DNA of 63,611 nt, filler included. It is 8 parts of 8 records of this genome, joined end to end, with 100 filler letters (N's around TTAATTAATTAA, not from the genome) between each part and the next. Parts side by side here need not be neighbours in the genome. Positions count along the whole stretch, not along the records: positions 21,886 to 34,017 come from SRR31156797_3316; positions 34,118 to 39,367 come from SRR31156797_3337; positions 39,468 to 50,657 come from SRR31156797_3343; 5 more parts are not named here. One strand, written 5' to 3'. The first letter of the stretch is position 1, and each line of letters begins with the position of its first letter. Below the pieces are notes generated by a model, which saw only the letters and a program-made list of their open reading frames with translations, was not told the origin of the DNA and did no database searches. Position numbers and translations under genes: made by a program. Of this stretch, positions 33,178-41,550 are shown one piece after another.

Positions 33178-34017
33178 CTAACGCGCCGCCGCCTTGGAGA
33201 ATGCCTCGGTGACGGCTTTTTCCGTCAGCAGTTCCGGCAAGACGACGCCCATCGGCGCCCCGGGGCCGTAGACGACGTCGAACGGGATGCCGTAGCGTCC
33301 GAACCCGGCCAGATAGCGGGCGATGCCGTCGTTCGGCCGGGTCCAGTCGGCCTGCATGGCAACCACGTTCGGCGCCTTCAGACGGGCCATCACCGCCTGC
33401 CTGCCCAGGATGAAGGTCTTGTTGACCTGACAGGTGACGCACCAATCCGCCGTGACGTCGACAAAAACGGTATTGCCGTTCGCGACCTGCTTGGCGATGG
33501 CGGCTTCGTCGAAGGGTTGCCACAGATCGGACAGGGCCTTCGGATCGGCCGCATCGCGGGAACCGCCGGCGGTCACCGGAACGATCAGGGCAACCACAGC
33601 CAATCCGGCCGAACCGACAAAGGCGGCCGATTTGAAGGGTTCGCCGAAGCGGCTGCCGGCGGCGAGAAAACAGACCATGACAAACAACAGGAAACCGACC
33701 GCGCCGGCCGGCACGGCGCCGAGGACCCCAGCCAGAACCGTCAGCAGCCAAACGGCGGTGGCGGCCAGGGCAAAACCGAGTATGCGCCGCAGAACGATCA
33801 TCCACGGGCCGGGCTTCGGTAGCCAGGTGGCCATCGCCGGAACCGCCGCCACGGCCAGATAGGGCAGTGCCAGCCCGACGCCCAACGCCGCGAACACCCA
33901 AAGAATTTCAATCGCGCCGCGGGCCATCGCGAAGCCGACGGCTGTGCCCAAAAACGGCGCCGAACACGGCGTTGCCAACAGGGTGGCGAAGGCGCCGGTC
34001 AGGAAATGCCCGGCCAG
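33178..34017 (-). CDS. dsbD: DsbD family thiol:disulfide interchange protein, 5'-truncated
   Basis: ATPCSAPFLG, LPKPGPWM, TADWCVTC. Confidence 0.9.
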   Translation of the reverse strand: MAGHFLTGAFATLLATPCSAPFLGTAVGFAMARGAIEILWVFAALGVGLALPYLAVAAVPAMATWLPKPGPWMIVLRRILGFALAATAVWLLTVLAGVLGAVPAGAVGFLLFVMVCFLAAGSRFGEPFKSAAFVGSAGLAVVALIVPVTAGGSRDAADPKALSDLWQPFDEAAIAKQVANGNTVFVDVTADWCVTCQVNKTFILGRQAVMARLKAPNVVAMQADWTRPNDGIARYLAGFGRYGIPFDVVYGPGAPMGVVLPELLTEKAVTEAFSKAAAR

Positions 34018-34229
34018 NNNNNNNNNNNNNNNNNNNNNNNNNNNNNNNNNNNNNNNNNNNNTTAATTAATTAANNNNNNNNNNNNNNNNNNNNNNNNNNN
34101 NNNNNNNNNNNNNNNNNTCTGAATTCCCAAATTCGAAAGCTGTATAGCAAAAAGCAATGAGTGTAAATAGTTTTCACGTAATTACTTATAATAACAGATG
34201 CTAACGGATAGAGATTAAATGTTGGTAAC

Positions 34230-34430
34230 TTGAAAATTTTAGGTAAGGAGGTTCTTAACATGTCTGAAGAAAGAATTAACAAAGAAGTATTCATAATGGA
34301 AACAGCAGCCAAGATTTTTGCAGGTATGTTTTCAAACCATGAGAAAGACCATAACGAGAAGGTTGCAGTAGAAGAAGCGATCAACCTATGGGAAGAATTA
34401 AAAAAAGCTGAAATTATAACAGATAAGTAA
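34230..34430 (+). CDS. Small hypothetical protein (likely start at ATG 34260)
   Basis: AAGGAGG RBS before MSEERIN. Confidence 0.55.
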   Translation: MKILGKEVLNMSEERINKEVFIMETAAKIFAGMFSNHEKDHNEKVAVEEAINLWEELKKAEIITDK

Positions 34431-34711
34431 ATGAAGGAATGATGTGTCCTAAACAAGGCTAAATTGAGCATATCTTTCGTTTAGTACTAATTATATCAGG
34501 CGAAAAACACTATCCAAGCAGGCTAACAGATTGATAGCCACCAGTGAAAACGTCATGAAATACCCACCATATGAAATAGATGTGAAAGATTTTTCCTCAT
34601 CGAAAAAGTTGTATGTTAGGCCATGAGGTAGCTTAAACCTGTTGCGGTGACAGGCTTTGCATAATTTTTGAGTAACCAGTACTAGCCACACCGTAGTAGT
34701 GTTTCAATGTT

Positions 34712-34753
34712 AGGGCAAATTACCTAAGTAAAATTAGGTGGTTTGCCCTTTTT
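34712..34753 (+). terminator. Terminator-like hairpin
   Basis: AGGGCAAATTACCTAA/TTAGGTGGTTTGCCCT followed by a T-tract. Confidence 0.65.
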
Positions 34754-34850
34754 ATTTGTTGAAATCATCGTATACTGGCAAGAAAGTTTGATTAAGTCAT
34801 TTGAGCCGAGTGTGATAAAAACTCTAAAATAATATAATTGGGAGAAAAGA

Positions 34851-35213
34851 ATGAACGTTGAAGTTATTTTAAGAGAGGCGTTTCTCGCAGAAGCACAAAG
34901 AAGAAATGTTATTATTTCGCAAGCTGAATTGGAAAATATAAGCAAGAAATTTAATATAGCCGCTGTGCAAAGAACTGTAGATTTAGATATTGAAAGATTG
35001 AGGGCTCAATATCTAGGAATGCCAGCGACGATGGCAAGGGAAATTAAAATTCGTGAAAGATATCACCAGTCTAACCTTCGAAAATTAGCTCAAGATTATG
35101 CCATCCTTTTAGCAAGGCAACGGATTCAATATTTGACAGAATCAAAAGCTAGTGAAATGCGTACTATGCTTAAAGCGTCAGCGGGTAAACCGTGTGATGC
35201 TTACCCATGCTGA
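34851..35213 (+). CDS. Hypothetical protein
   Basis: GGAG RBS, 120-aa ORF. Confidence 0.6.
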   Translation: MNVEVILREAFLAEAQRRNVIISQAELENISKKFNIAAVQRTVDLDIERLRAQYLGMPATMAREIKIRERYHQSNLRKLAQDYAILLARQRIQYLTESKASEMRTMLKASAGKPCDAYPC

Positions 35214-35220
35214 GGTGCCC

Positions 35221-35697
35221 ATGGAAAAGGAAGATGAGCTCCGTGTCAAAGCGGCTGAGTTTCTAATTGAATCTCTAAAAATGATGGTAACTATTTCGAT
35301 GCTGTTTGTTGGTGGAATTGTTGCTTATGGTGGATATATTGGATTTAGTTTTAACTGTAAATATTTTTATGTAAGTGTATCGATGCTTGTGCTTGCATCG
35401 CTATTTTCAGTATTCAATATTAACTCTATAATTAATAAAATTTATGCAGGAGTTACTGAGGCGATAAGGGTTACTGAAGTTAGGGTTATAAATTTAATAA
35501 GTATTTTAACTTTAATAGTTGGTATCTTTTTTGGAGTCTATTCTGTTATTGACGCAAGAGATTCTGTTTCTGGTGATTTAAACGGGGGGAAATCTATTGT
35601 GATTTCCGATGATGAGGTATTGGTTGATGGTAACCCATTATCTCATGTGAAAATTGTTAAGAAGGAAGGAGAGGTGGTATTAATTGAAATGAAATGA
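35221..35697 (+). CDS. Hypothetical membrane protein (about 3 TM)
   Basis: GAGG RBS before MEKEDE; hydrophobic helices. Confidence 0.7.
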   Translation: MEKEDELRVKAAEFLIESLKMMVTISMLFVGGIVAYGGYIGFSFNCKYFYVSVSMLVLASLFSVFNINSIINKIYAGVTEAIRVTEVRVINLISILTLIVGIFFGVYSVIDARDSVSGDLNGGKSIVISDDEVLVDGNPLSHVKIVKKEGEVVLIEMK

Positions 35698-35720
35698 TTT
35701 TTGAAAATGGGGACATAAAT

Positions 35721-35770
35721 ATTTAACAATCAATCTACCACCGAATAAATCGGTGATTTTTACGTACGGT
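35721..35770 (+). repeat. Mini attC-like site 1 (degenerate)
   Basis: ATTTAAC...CACCGA-ATAAA-TCGGTG...GTACGGT; same core as 37686-37733 and 39067-39114. Confidence 0.55.
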
Positions 35771-35796
35771 ATAGCAGCAACAAACGAGGAATAGAA

Positions 35797-36033
35797 ATGT
35801 ATGTAATGACAGGTGATGGCCATTGGATTCAAGAAGTAAAAGAAAATGGCAAAATAATAATCCTGGAAGACGGATCAAGGTGGGAAGTTTCCTCTCTTGA
35901 CAGAATCGATTCAAGCTTGTGGCTACCAGTTTCTAACGTAACAGTACTAGATGGTGATCATCCTTTATACGAATACAAGCTAGTAAACACGGATGATAAT
36001 GAAGTTATAGATGTAAAATATCTCGGCGGCTAA
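35797..36033 (+). CDS. Small beta-rich hypothetical cassette protein
   Basis: GAGG RBS; II.LEDGSRW...WLP pattern. Confidence 0.7.
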   Translation: MYVMTGDGHWIQEVKENGKIIILEDGSRWEVSSLDRIDSSLWLPVSNVTVLDGDHPLYEYKLVNTDDNEVIDVKYLGG

Positions 36034-36184
36034 CTGCAAGTTAATGAAAAAAACGGGGACAAGTCTTTGTTTGACTCTTCTCGGATAGCGGTTGGGTAGG
36101 AGTTGATAGATAGTTTCAGACTCCGCACTTCTTTGTGCTTTTAATTAACATAACGTGTTAACTATTTGTTGACAGTTGCTTCGT

Positions 36185-36520
36185 ATGGATATAACATTCA
36201 AGACAAGAAAGTTACAAAAAATATGTTCAAAAAGCGTTGAGTCAATCAAGCAATTGGGCCATAAAGGCGGAGTCAAGTTACAGCAAAGGATGATGGAGCT
36301 GGCCGCTGCCCCGAATTTGTCTCATATCTCAAGGCTTCCTCCGCCTCGTTGCCACGAATTGAAAGGTAACAAAAAAAGGCAGCTCTCAATTGATCTAGAT
36401 CACCCTTACAGGCTTCTTTTTATTGTAGCTAATAACCCTATCCCCTCGCATGAGGATGGAGGGTTGGACTGGGAAAAAGTTACTGCGATAGAAATCGTCG
36501 GAATTGAAGACACTCACTAG
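36185..36520 (+). CDS. higB: HigB-like (RelE/ParE fold) toxin
   Basis: PPPRCHELKG....SIDL.HPYRLLF...IEDTH; upstream of an HTH antitoxin. Confidence 0.85.
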   Translation: MDITFKTRKLQKICSKSVESIKQLGHKGGVKLQQRMMELAAAPNLSHISRLPPPRCHELKGNKKRQLSIDLDHPYRLLFIVANNPIPSHEDGGLDWEKVTAIEIVGIEDTH

Positions 36521-36529
36521 GGGGTTAAT

Positions 36530-37612
36530 ATGGCATCGAAAAATACAAAATCATATTCGTTTGAACCTGATTACGCTATTGCTCCTGGTGTGACTTTATT
36601 GGAAGTAATAGATCACTTAGGAATGACTCAGAAAGAATTGGCCTTGCGAACCCAATTAACGGTTCAGTCTGTAAATAGGATAATAAAAGGTGAGCAACCA
36701 ATATCCTACGAGACTGCAAATCGGTTGGAGTTGGCTACTAATGTTTCCGCTGAAATGTGGAATAATCTTGAGTCGCAATACCGGGAACAATTAGCAAAAA
36801 TAAGAGAGAAAGAACGATTAGAATCAGATCTTGAATGGCTACGTTTAATTCCTGTGAAGGAGTTGATCGAAAGAGAATTAATAAAGGCTTGTGACAATAA
36901 AGTGGAGCAGGTCCGTGAAGCATTAAAGTTTTATGGGGTGAGTAGCGCTGATGCTTGGGGTGAAATATGGGAAAAACCAGCATTGGCAGCAAGAAGGTCA
37001 ACTTGTTTTGAATCGCGTCCAGGCGCTGCATCAGCATGGATAAGAATTGGTGAGCTTGCGGCTCAGCAAGTTAGATGTGCTGATTTTGACAAAAAGCAAT
37101 TTCAAGAAGCGCTAAAAGTAATACGGTCCTTGACGGTTGAGGCGCCGGAAGTCTTTATTCCAAAAATGATCAAGGTTTGTGCTGATGCAGGGGTTGCTGT
37201 AGTGTTGGTGCCTAGGTTAAATAAGGTGCCATGGTCAGGGGCAACAAAATGGATTTCGCCAAATAAAGCAATGATACTGCTTTCTATTAGAGGAAAGTAT
37301 GAAGATTTATTTTGGTTTTCTTTCTTCCATGAAGCGGGCCATGTTTTGCGTGACAGCAAAAAGGATTTGTTGATTAACGATGGCACAAGAACTGATCCAA
37401 GAGAAGTTCGAGCTGATGAGTTTGCGGCAAACTACCTTATTCCTGAAAAGCATAACGGTGTCATCGGAAATATAAAAAGCAGGCCAGAGCTTCTTGGGAT
37501 TGCGCGTGAATTAGGCGTGTCTCCAGGGATAGTCGTCGGACGTTTTCATCATTTAACGCAACGGTGGAAACTGTTTAATGGGCTCAAGAAAAAATTTATG
37601 TGGGTTAGTTGA
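36530..37612 (+). CDS. higA: HigA antitoxin fused to an ImmA/IrrE-like metallopeptidase domain
   Basis: APG..L.E....GMTQKELA HTH, WNNLE..Y, FWFSFFHEAGH (HExxH), E..ADEFA. Confidence 0.9.
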   Translation: MASKNTKSYSFEPDYAIAPGVTLLEVIDHLGMTQKELALRTQLTVQSVNRIIKGEQPISYETANRLELATNVSAEMWNNLESQYREQLAKIREKERLESDLEWLRLIPVKELIERELIKACDNKVEQVREALKFYGVSSADAWGEIWEKPALAARRSTCFESRPGAASAWIRIGELAAQQVRCADFDKKQFQEALKVIRSLTVEAPEVFIPKMIKVCADAGVAVVLVPRLNKVPWSGATKWISPNKAMILLSIRGKYEDLFWFSFFHEAGHVLRDSKKDLLINDGTRTDPREVRADEFAANYLIPEKHNGVIGNIKSRPELLGIARELGVSPGIVVGRFHHLTQRWKLFNGLKKKFMWVS

Positions 37613-37622
37613 GAAAGAGCGA

Positions 37623-37733
37623 AGGCTCAGCTCTTTGCTTGACCCTTCTTAGGACTAATTAGGGGCGGACCACAGTTCTTTCATTCCACAACAAGATGGT
37701 GCACCGGATAAATCGGTGATCAACATATTGTGA
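37623..37733 (+). repeat. 111-bp intergenic repeat copy 1, ending in a 48-bp mini attC-like hairpin (37686-37733)
   Basis: Aligns without gaps to 39004-39114 (about 70% identity by manual count). Confidence 0.8.
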
Positions 37734-37751
37734 CAAAAAAGGAGTAATCTC

Positions 37752-37970
37752 ATGGCAATGTTACCTCAATCATTAGAAGCATTAGCCCAAATGGGCGCAA
37801 ACATTGAATTAACCGCTGAAGCTAAATATTTACCAGACACTGTAGAAAAAATTCTTCATATTGCTAAACAAAACGGTTCACATGTTACCATCGAAGCCGG
37901 TAATTACCTGCCTGATACTTTGAAAAAATTTGTTATTATTGCGCAAGAGAACATAACGATAAGAGTTTAA
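37752..37970 (+). CDS. Small hypothetical cassette protein with internal repeat
   Basis: AGGAG RBS; YLPDT(V/L) repeated. Confidence 0.7.
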   Translation: MAMLPQSLEALAQMGANIELTAEAKYLPDTVEKILHIAKQNGSHVTIEAGNYLPDTLKKFVIIAQENITIRV

Positions 37971-37986
37971 CAAAAGGCCAGCAAAA

Positions 37987-38241
37987 ATGATTATTCACGA
38001 AGGGCAACTGAAAGGGGCATTTAAAGGGTTTAAAAATCGAGATACTGATTTCGAATTTTTTGGTGGACCAAAATTTCAGCAAAACGAATACAAATATCAT
38101 TATCACTATGCATACATGCCGAGAGCAAAGGTGGTGCAAAATGGTGGTAGGTACTTTCTCCATGTTGAAGGGGTAAACGACCCTGTAGAAGCGAATAATA
38201 GGGGACGTACCACGATAAATGTAAAGCTAGAGTGCCAATGA
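37987..38241 (+). CDS. Hypothetical protein, possibly 3'-rearranged
   Basis: G.FKGF...F.F..G...Q.EYKY.YHYAYMP pattern; last codons run through a GGGGAC motif. Confidence 0.55.
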   Translation: MIIHEGQLKGAFKGFKNRDTDFEFFGGPKFQQNEYKYHYHYAYMPRAKVVQNGGRYFLHVEGVNDPVEANNRGRTTINVKLECQ

Positions 38242-38414
38242 CAAATACCGTTACTCCCTAATAGGTCGTTTGCCACATGTTTGCCACCCCTGTCGCAAAC
38301 CCTGATATACATTAAGGGGGCAAGGGTTCAACTCCCGGCGTCCCTGTCATTTTATGCGAAACAAAATTACCGATAAACAGAAAAAGTTTTATTAAAATAA
38401 TAACAAATAAACTG

Positions 38415-38545
38415 AATCACACAGATGCTCAAGAGGGACGGCAAGAGGCTATGCTGTTTGCCAAAATCAAAGTTGAACCAAAACTTACAAATATTAAATC
38501 ATTTTCGGGGTAGTTCATTCGCCGCCCCTTAGATAAATGTTATAT
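38415..38545 (+). repeat. attC site resembling Vibrio VCR (R'' box degenerate)
   Basis: GCTCAAGAGGGACGGC...GCCGCCCCTTAGATAAATGTTATAT; complementary L boxes, GTT R' box just before the next gene. Confidence 0.75.
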
Positions 38546-38569
38546 TTAAGAACAAAAAGGAAGATAATA

Positions 38570-38989
38570 ATGAAGAAAGCAATATTGATTTTACTATTTA
38601 TTACATTTTGTCAAAATGCCTTGGCTTACGATGGGACACCTGAAGATCAAGTCGATCTCTTTTTTAAAGATATAGCTTCTGGGAATACCAATGTTGCAAT
38701 TGATAATCTGTATTCCTCCAACCCTTTAATGAGCCAGAAAATCCAACAATTAACAATGCTCAAGCAACAAGTTGGTATGATTAACTCTTTGTTCGGAAAA
38801 ACAATTGAATTTGAAACCTATACAGTAGAAAAATTTACTGACTCAATTAAACGAATTGTAAAAATACAAAAATGTGAAAATCATCCTATCGTATGGGAAT
38901 TTTATTTTTACAAACCAAAAGATAAATGGATGATAAGTAAAGGCACCTTCAATGATCAATTTAGTAACATATCTAAAAAACAAAAATGA
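38570..38989 (+). CDS. Secreted hypothetical cassette protein
   Basis: Signal peptide MKKAILILL...ALA; begins just after the attC. Confidence 0.75.
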   Translation: MKKAILILLFITFCQNALAYDGTPEDQVDLFFKDIASGNTNVAIDNLYSSNPLMSQKIQQLTMLKQQVGMINSLFGKTIEFETYTVEKFTDSIKRIVKIQKCENHPIVWEFYFYKPKDKWMISKGTFNDQFSNISKKQK

Positions 38990-39003
38990 TTCATGAGGAA
39001 CGT

Positions 39004-39114
39004 GGGGTCAGGTCTTTGCTTGGCTCTTCTCGATGCTAATTAGGAGCAGCCCGCCCTCATTTCGTTTCCCAAAAAGATAATGCACCGGATAAACCGGTGG
39101 CCAGCATGTTAGGC
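39004..39114 (+). repeat. 111-bp intergenic repeat copy 2, ending in a 48-bp mini attC-like hairpin (39067-39114)
   Basis: GGGGTCAGGTCTTTGCTTGG...TGCACCGG-ATAAA-CCGGTGGCC-AGCAT-GTTAGGC (GTTRRRY). Confidence 0.8.
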
Positions 39115-39136
39115 TTATAAAAAGACTTCTGATTTC

Positions 39137-39367
39137 ATGGAAGAAAATGCAATTAACAAAGCATTTCAAATGCAAAAAAAAAGATCAAGAATAATTAAAT
39201 TATTTCTTTTCTTTTTGCCTGTGAGTTGCTTGTTACTTGTATTAATACCAAGAAACCCAATAACACCTTTGATGCTAGTATTATATGGCTTTTATTCTGG
39301 TTACCTTTGGTGGACGTTCCTTTTTTCATTATGTCCAAATTGTAAACATATATTTGTTTTAAGCTGG
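39137..39367 (+). CDS. Membrane protein with CPNC motif, 3'-truncated
   Basis: Two TM segments then LCPNCK; follows the mini attC. Confidence 0.6.
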
Positions 39368-39468
39368 NNNNNNNNNNNNNNNNNNNNNNNNNNNNNNNNN
39401 NNNNNNNNNNNTTAATTAATTAANNNNNNNNNNNNNNNNNNNNNNNNNNNNNNNNNNNNNNNNNNNNG

Positions 39469-39702
39469 GTTTATGGCAACGCTAGGGTTTATGGCAAACT
39501 AAAAATATTAGCTGGATTCTTTTTTGGCATGAGATATAACAAGGAAGAAATTAAGTATAAAGAAAATGAAGGGCAAGAAATTATCTATAAAGGCGAAGCA
39601 AAATTTGGAGAAGAAAATACAAAGAAAGATGAACTTCTTAAGAAAGCTGATGAATTAATAAATAAAGCAGAAGAATTAAAAGAGGAAGCTGAAAATCTTT
39701 AA
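39469..39702 (+). CDS. Partial phage hexapeptide (VYGNA) repeat protein
   Basis: Manual translation VYGNARVYGKLK...EEAENL*; open at the contig edge. Confidence 0.65.
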   Translation, partial: VYGNARVYGKLKILAGFFFGMRYNKEEIKYKENEGQEIIYKGEAKFGEENTKKDELLKKADELINKAEELKEEAENL

Positions 39703-39719
39703 AACTAATATTAAACAAA

Positions 39720-40091
39720 ATGAGGTTTCTTGCAAAAGTAGAAAAAGGAAAGTTAAACTTTTGGCAACCTGATAAATTCAAAGAATACATCTCAACTCTT
39801 AAAGGCGAGATAGATATAATCGTAGAAAAGCATATTGATGTCAGAACAAAACAGCAGAACAGATTTTATTGGCTCTATCTTTCAATCATCGAACAAGAAA
39901 CAGGAAACAACGCCAACGACTTGCACGAATATTTTAAAAGGGTTTTTCTTCCGCCGAGATTTGTAATAGTTCTAGGAAAAGAAATAAAACTACCAGCCAC
40001 TACCACCAAACTAGACAAAGTTCAAATGACAACCTACCTTGAAAAAATTTGTGCCGAGACAGGAGTGCCAATTCCCCCACCTAATTTTTAA
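39720..40091 (+). CDS. NinB/Orf-like recombination protein
   Basis: RT.QQN..YW...LHEYFK..FL...TT.L....M..Y.E.I. Confidence 0.75.
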   Translation: MRFLAKVEKGKLNFWQPDKFKEYISTLKGEIDIIVEKHIDVRTKQQNRFYWLYLSIIEQETGNNANDLHEYFKRVFLPPRFVIVLGKEIKLPATTTKLDKVQMTTYLEKICAETGVPIPPPNF

Positions 40092-40100
40092 TCCAAAGGA

Positions 40101-40529
40101 GTGAACGCAAGAAGCAAAAAAAATAAAGGCAACCGATTTGAAAATCTTTTAATAGATATTTTCAGAAAGCAATTAGATTGTAACGCTCATAGAACGCCAG
40201 GAAGCGGAAGCGGATTAGATAAAAATGATATTGTTTTACCAAATTATAATATTGAGATAGAAGCCAAAAACGCTAAAACATATAAACTAGGACACGATTG
40301 GGAGCAACTCAAAAGGCAAACCACATCAGTAAACACAGGAGTATTAGCAATCCGTAATCCAAAAAAAGCAGAAGGAGAAGAAACATTAGTTGTAATGGAG
40401 CTTGGAGATTTTATAGAACTGGTTAAGGGGAAAGATAACGAGCCAGCAGTAGTTGAGTTGCCTCAAGATATAAAATGGAGATTTAAAAGAGTTAAAGACG
40501 CAGTTCACGATGTTATGAAATATTTATAA
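40101..40529 (+). CDS. Hjc-like Holliday junction resolvase (PD-(D/E)XK)
   Basis: KG..FE...RTPGSG....DI....IEAKN. Confidence 0.8.
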   Translation: MNARSKKNKGNRFENLLIDIFRKQLDCNAHRTPGSGSGLDKNDIVLPNYNIEIEAKNAKTYKLGHDWEQLKRQTTSVNTGVLAIRNPKKAEGEETLVVMELGDFIELVKGKDNEPAVVELPQDIKWRFKRVKDAVHDVMKYL

Positions 40530-40702
40530 TTATTAACATTAAACAAATGACAAAAGAAGAATTATTAAAACAGTTTGTTAAAGATTTGGTAGATATTTAT
40601 CCGCTTGGCAATAAGAATGCTAAAAGGATATTTGATTTTTATTGTGATTGGATTGGTAAGAATGCTGATAAATTTATAAACCCAAAACGGAGGATGTAAC
40701 CA

Positions 40703-40885
40703 ATGGCAGACGTGGACATCAAAGCGGAAATGATGAAAGTGTATGAAGCAGGGCAGAAAGAGATTGACGACCTCAAGGCTCAAATCAAGGAGAAGCAGGA
40801 AGCCTTGAAAGGCGCTAAAGCCTATCTCGTGGCAGTCGGAGTTATCAAAAAGCAAAAGAGAAAACCCCGTACGCCAAAAGAATAA
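40703..40885 (+). CDS. Small coiled-coil basic protein
   Basis: GGAGG RBS; followed by GGGGCTTC/GAAGCCCC hairpin (40894-40913). Confidence 0.7.
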   Translation: MADVDIKAEMMKVYEAGQKEIDDLKAQIKEKQEALKGAKAYLVAVGVIKKQKRKPRTPKE

Positions 40886-40933
40886 ACCTATCCGGGGCTT
40901 CAACCGAAGCCCCACCAAATCCCTGAGGCAAGA

Positions 40934-41131
40934 ATGGACCTGATTAGAGAAATAATGAAAGAAGCTTCTAGAATAGGAGTTAATAAGCTTATAGGTAATG
41001 ATACTGACTCTATAATTCTTAGAAACAAGCTTGATGAATACAGAAAAGAAACAGGGTCAGACCTTCCAGATGACCAGCTTTATGAGTATATTTGTAAAGA
41101 GTATTACAAGATTATAAGAGATAACGCATAG
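40934..41131 (+). CDS. Hypothetical phage protein
   Basis: 65-aa ORF in the co-oriented gene string. Confidence 0.55.
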   Translation: MDLIREIMKEASRIGVNKLIGNDTDSIILRNKLDEYRKETGSDLPDDQLYEYICKEYYKIIRDNA

Positions 41132-41326
41132 ATTGTTTCTTAATACCTGGAGAATGACATTAAAGGGAATTGTCTCCTTGTCGGCAATCCCCTCCAGGTA
41201 TAAACGAATAATTGTTCATTACCTCCAGCCTATCCCAACCTTATAAAAATAGACCGTTATTTGTTGGTAAGTCACTAAAACTAATTAATCAACGTAAGGT
41301 TGATGGCTGGCGATAGTTCGCAATTG
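41132..41326 (+). ncRNA. Two tandem stem-loop RNA units (41132-41209 and 41210-41325)
   Basis: ATACCTGGAG/CTCCAGGTAT; CCAGCC..CAACCTTA/TAAGGTTG..GGCTGG; no ORF. Confidence 0.55.
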
Positions 41327-41496
41327 TTCATTACAAGTTGCATAGTTGAGTGGCGGAATAGGTAGACGCTGGTAGGAAGGTATTGAGCCAATGCCATAGT
41401 TGGTGCTACTAGGGTGAGGGATTATGGAATAACGGCATGCTGAAACTCACTAAAAACATACTATGCAGGGTGACTTTCTATCCCCACCAAAGAACA

Positions 41497-41524
41497 TTGA
41501 CAAGGTATATAACCTTGCTATAAT
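41497..41524 (+). promoter_or_regulatory. Consensus sigma70 promoter with a palindrome in the spacer
   Basis: TTGACA-16 bp-TATAAT; CAAGGT-ATATA-ACCTTG at 41501-41517. Confidence 0.85.
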
Positions 41525-41550
41525 GTAATCATAAGCAATAACAAGAACTT

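Noticed and set aside
21900-33901. Long overlapping ORFs (e.g. 21900-23009, 22883-24103, 23796-25055, 28760-29986, 30006-30908)
   Set aside because: Shadow frames of well-recognised genes in high-GC DNA, with no motifs of their own.
34521-34621. Additional attC site (GGCTAAC...GTTAGGC)
   Set aside because: The R boxes are nearly complementary but no complementary L boxes are present.
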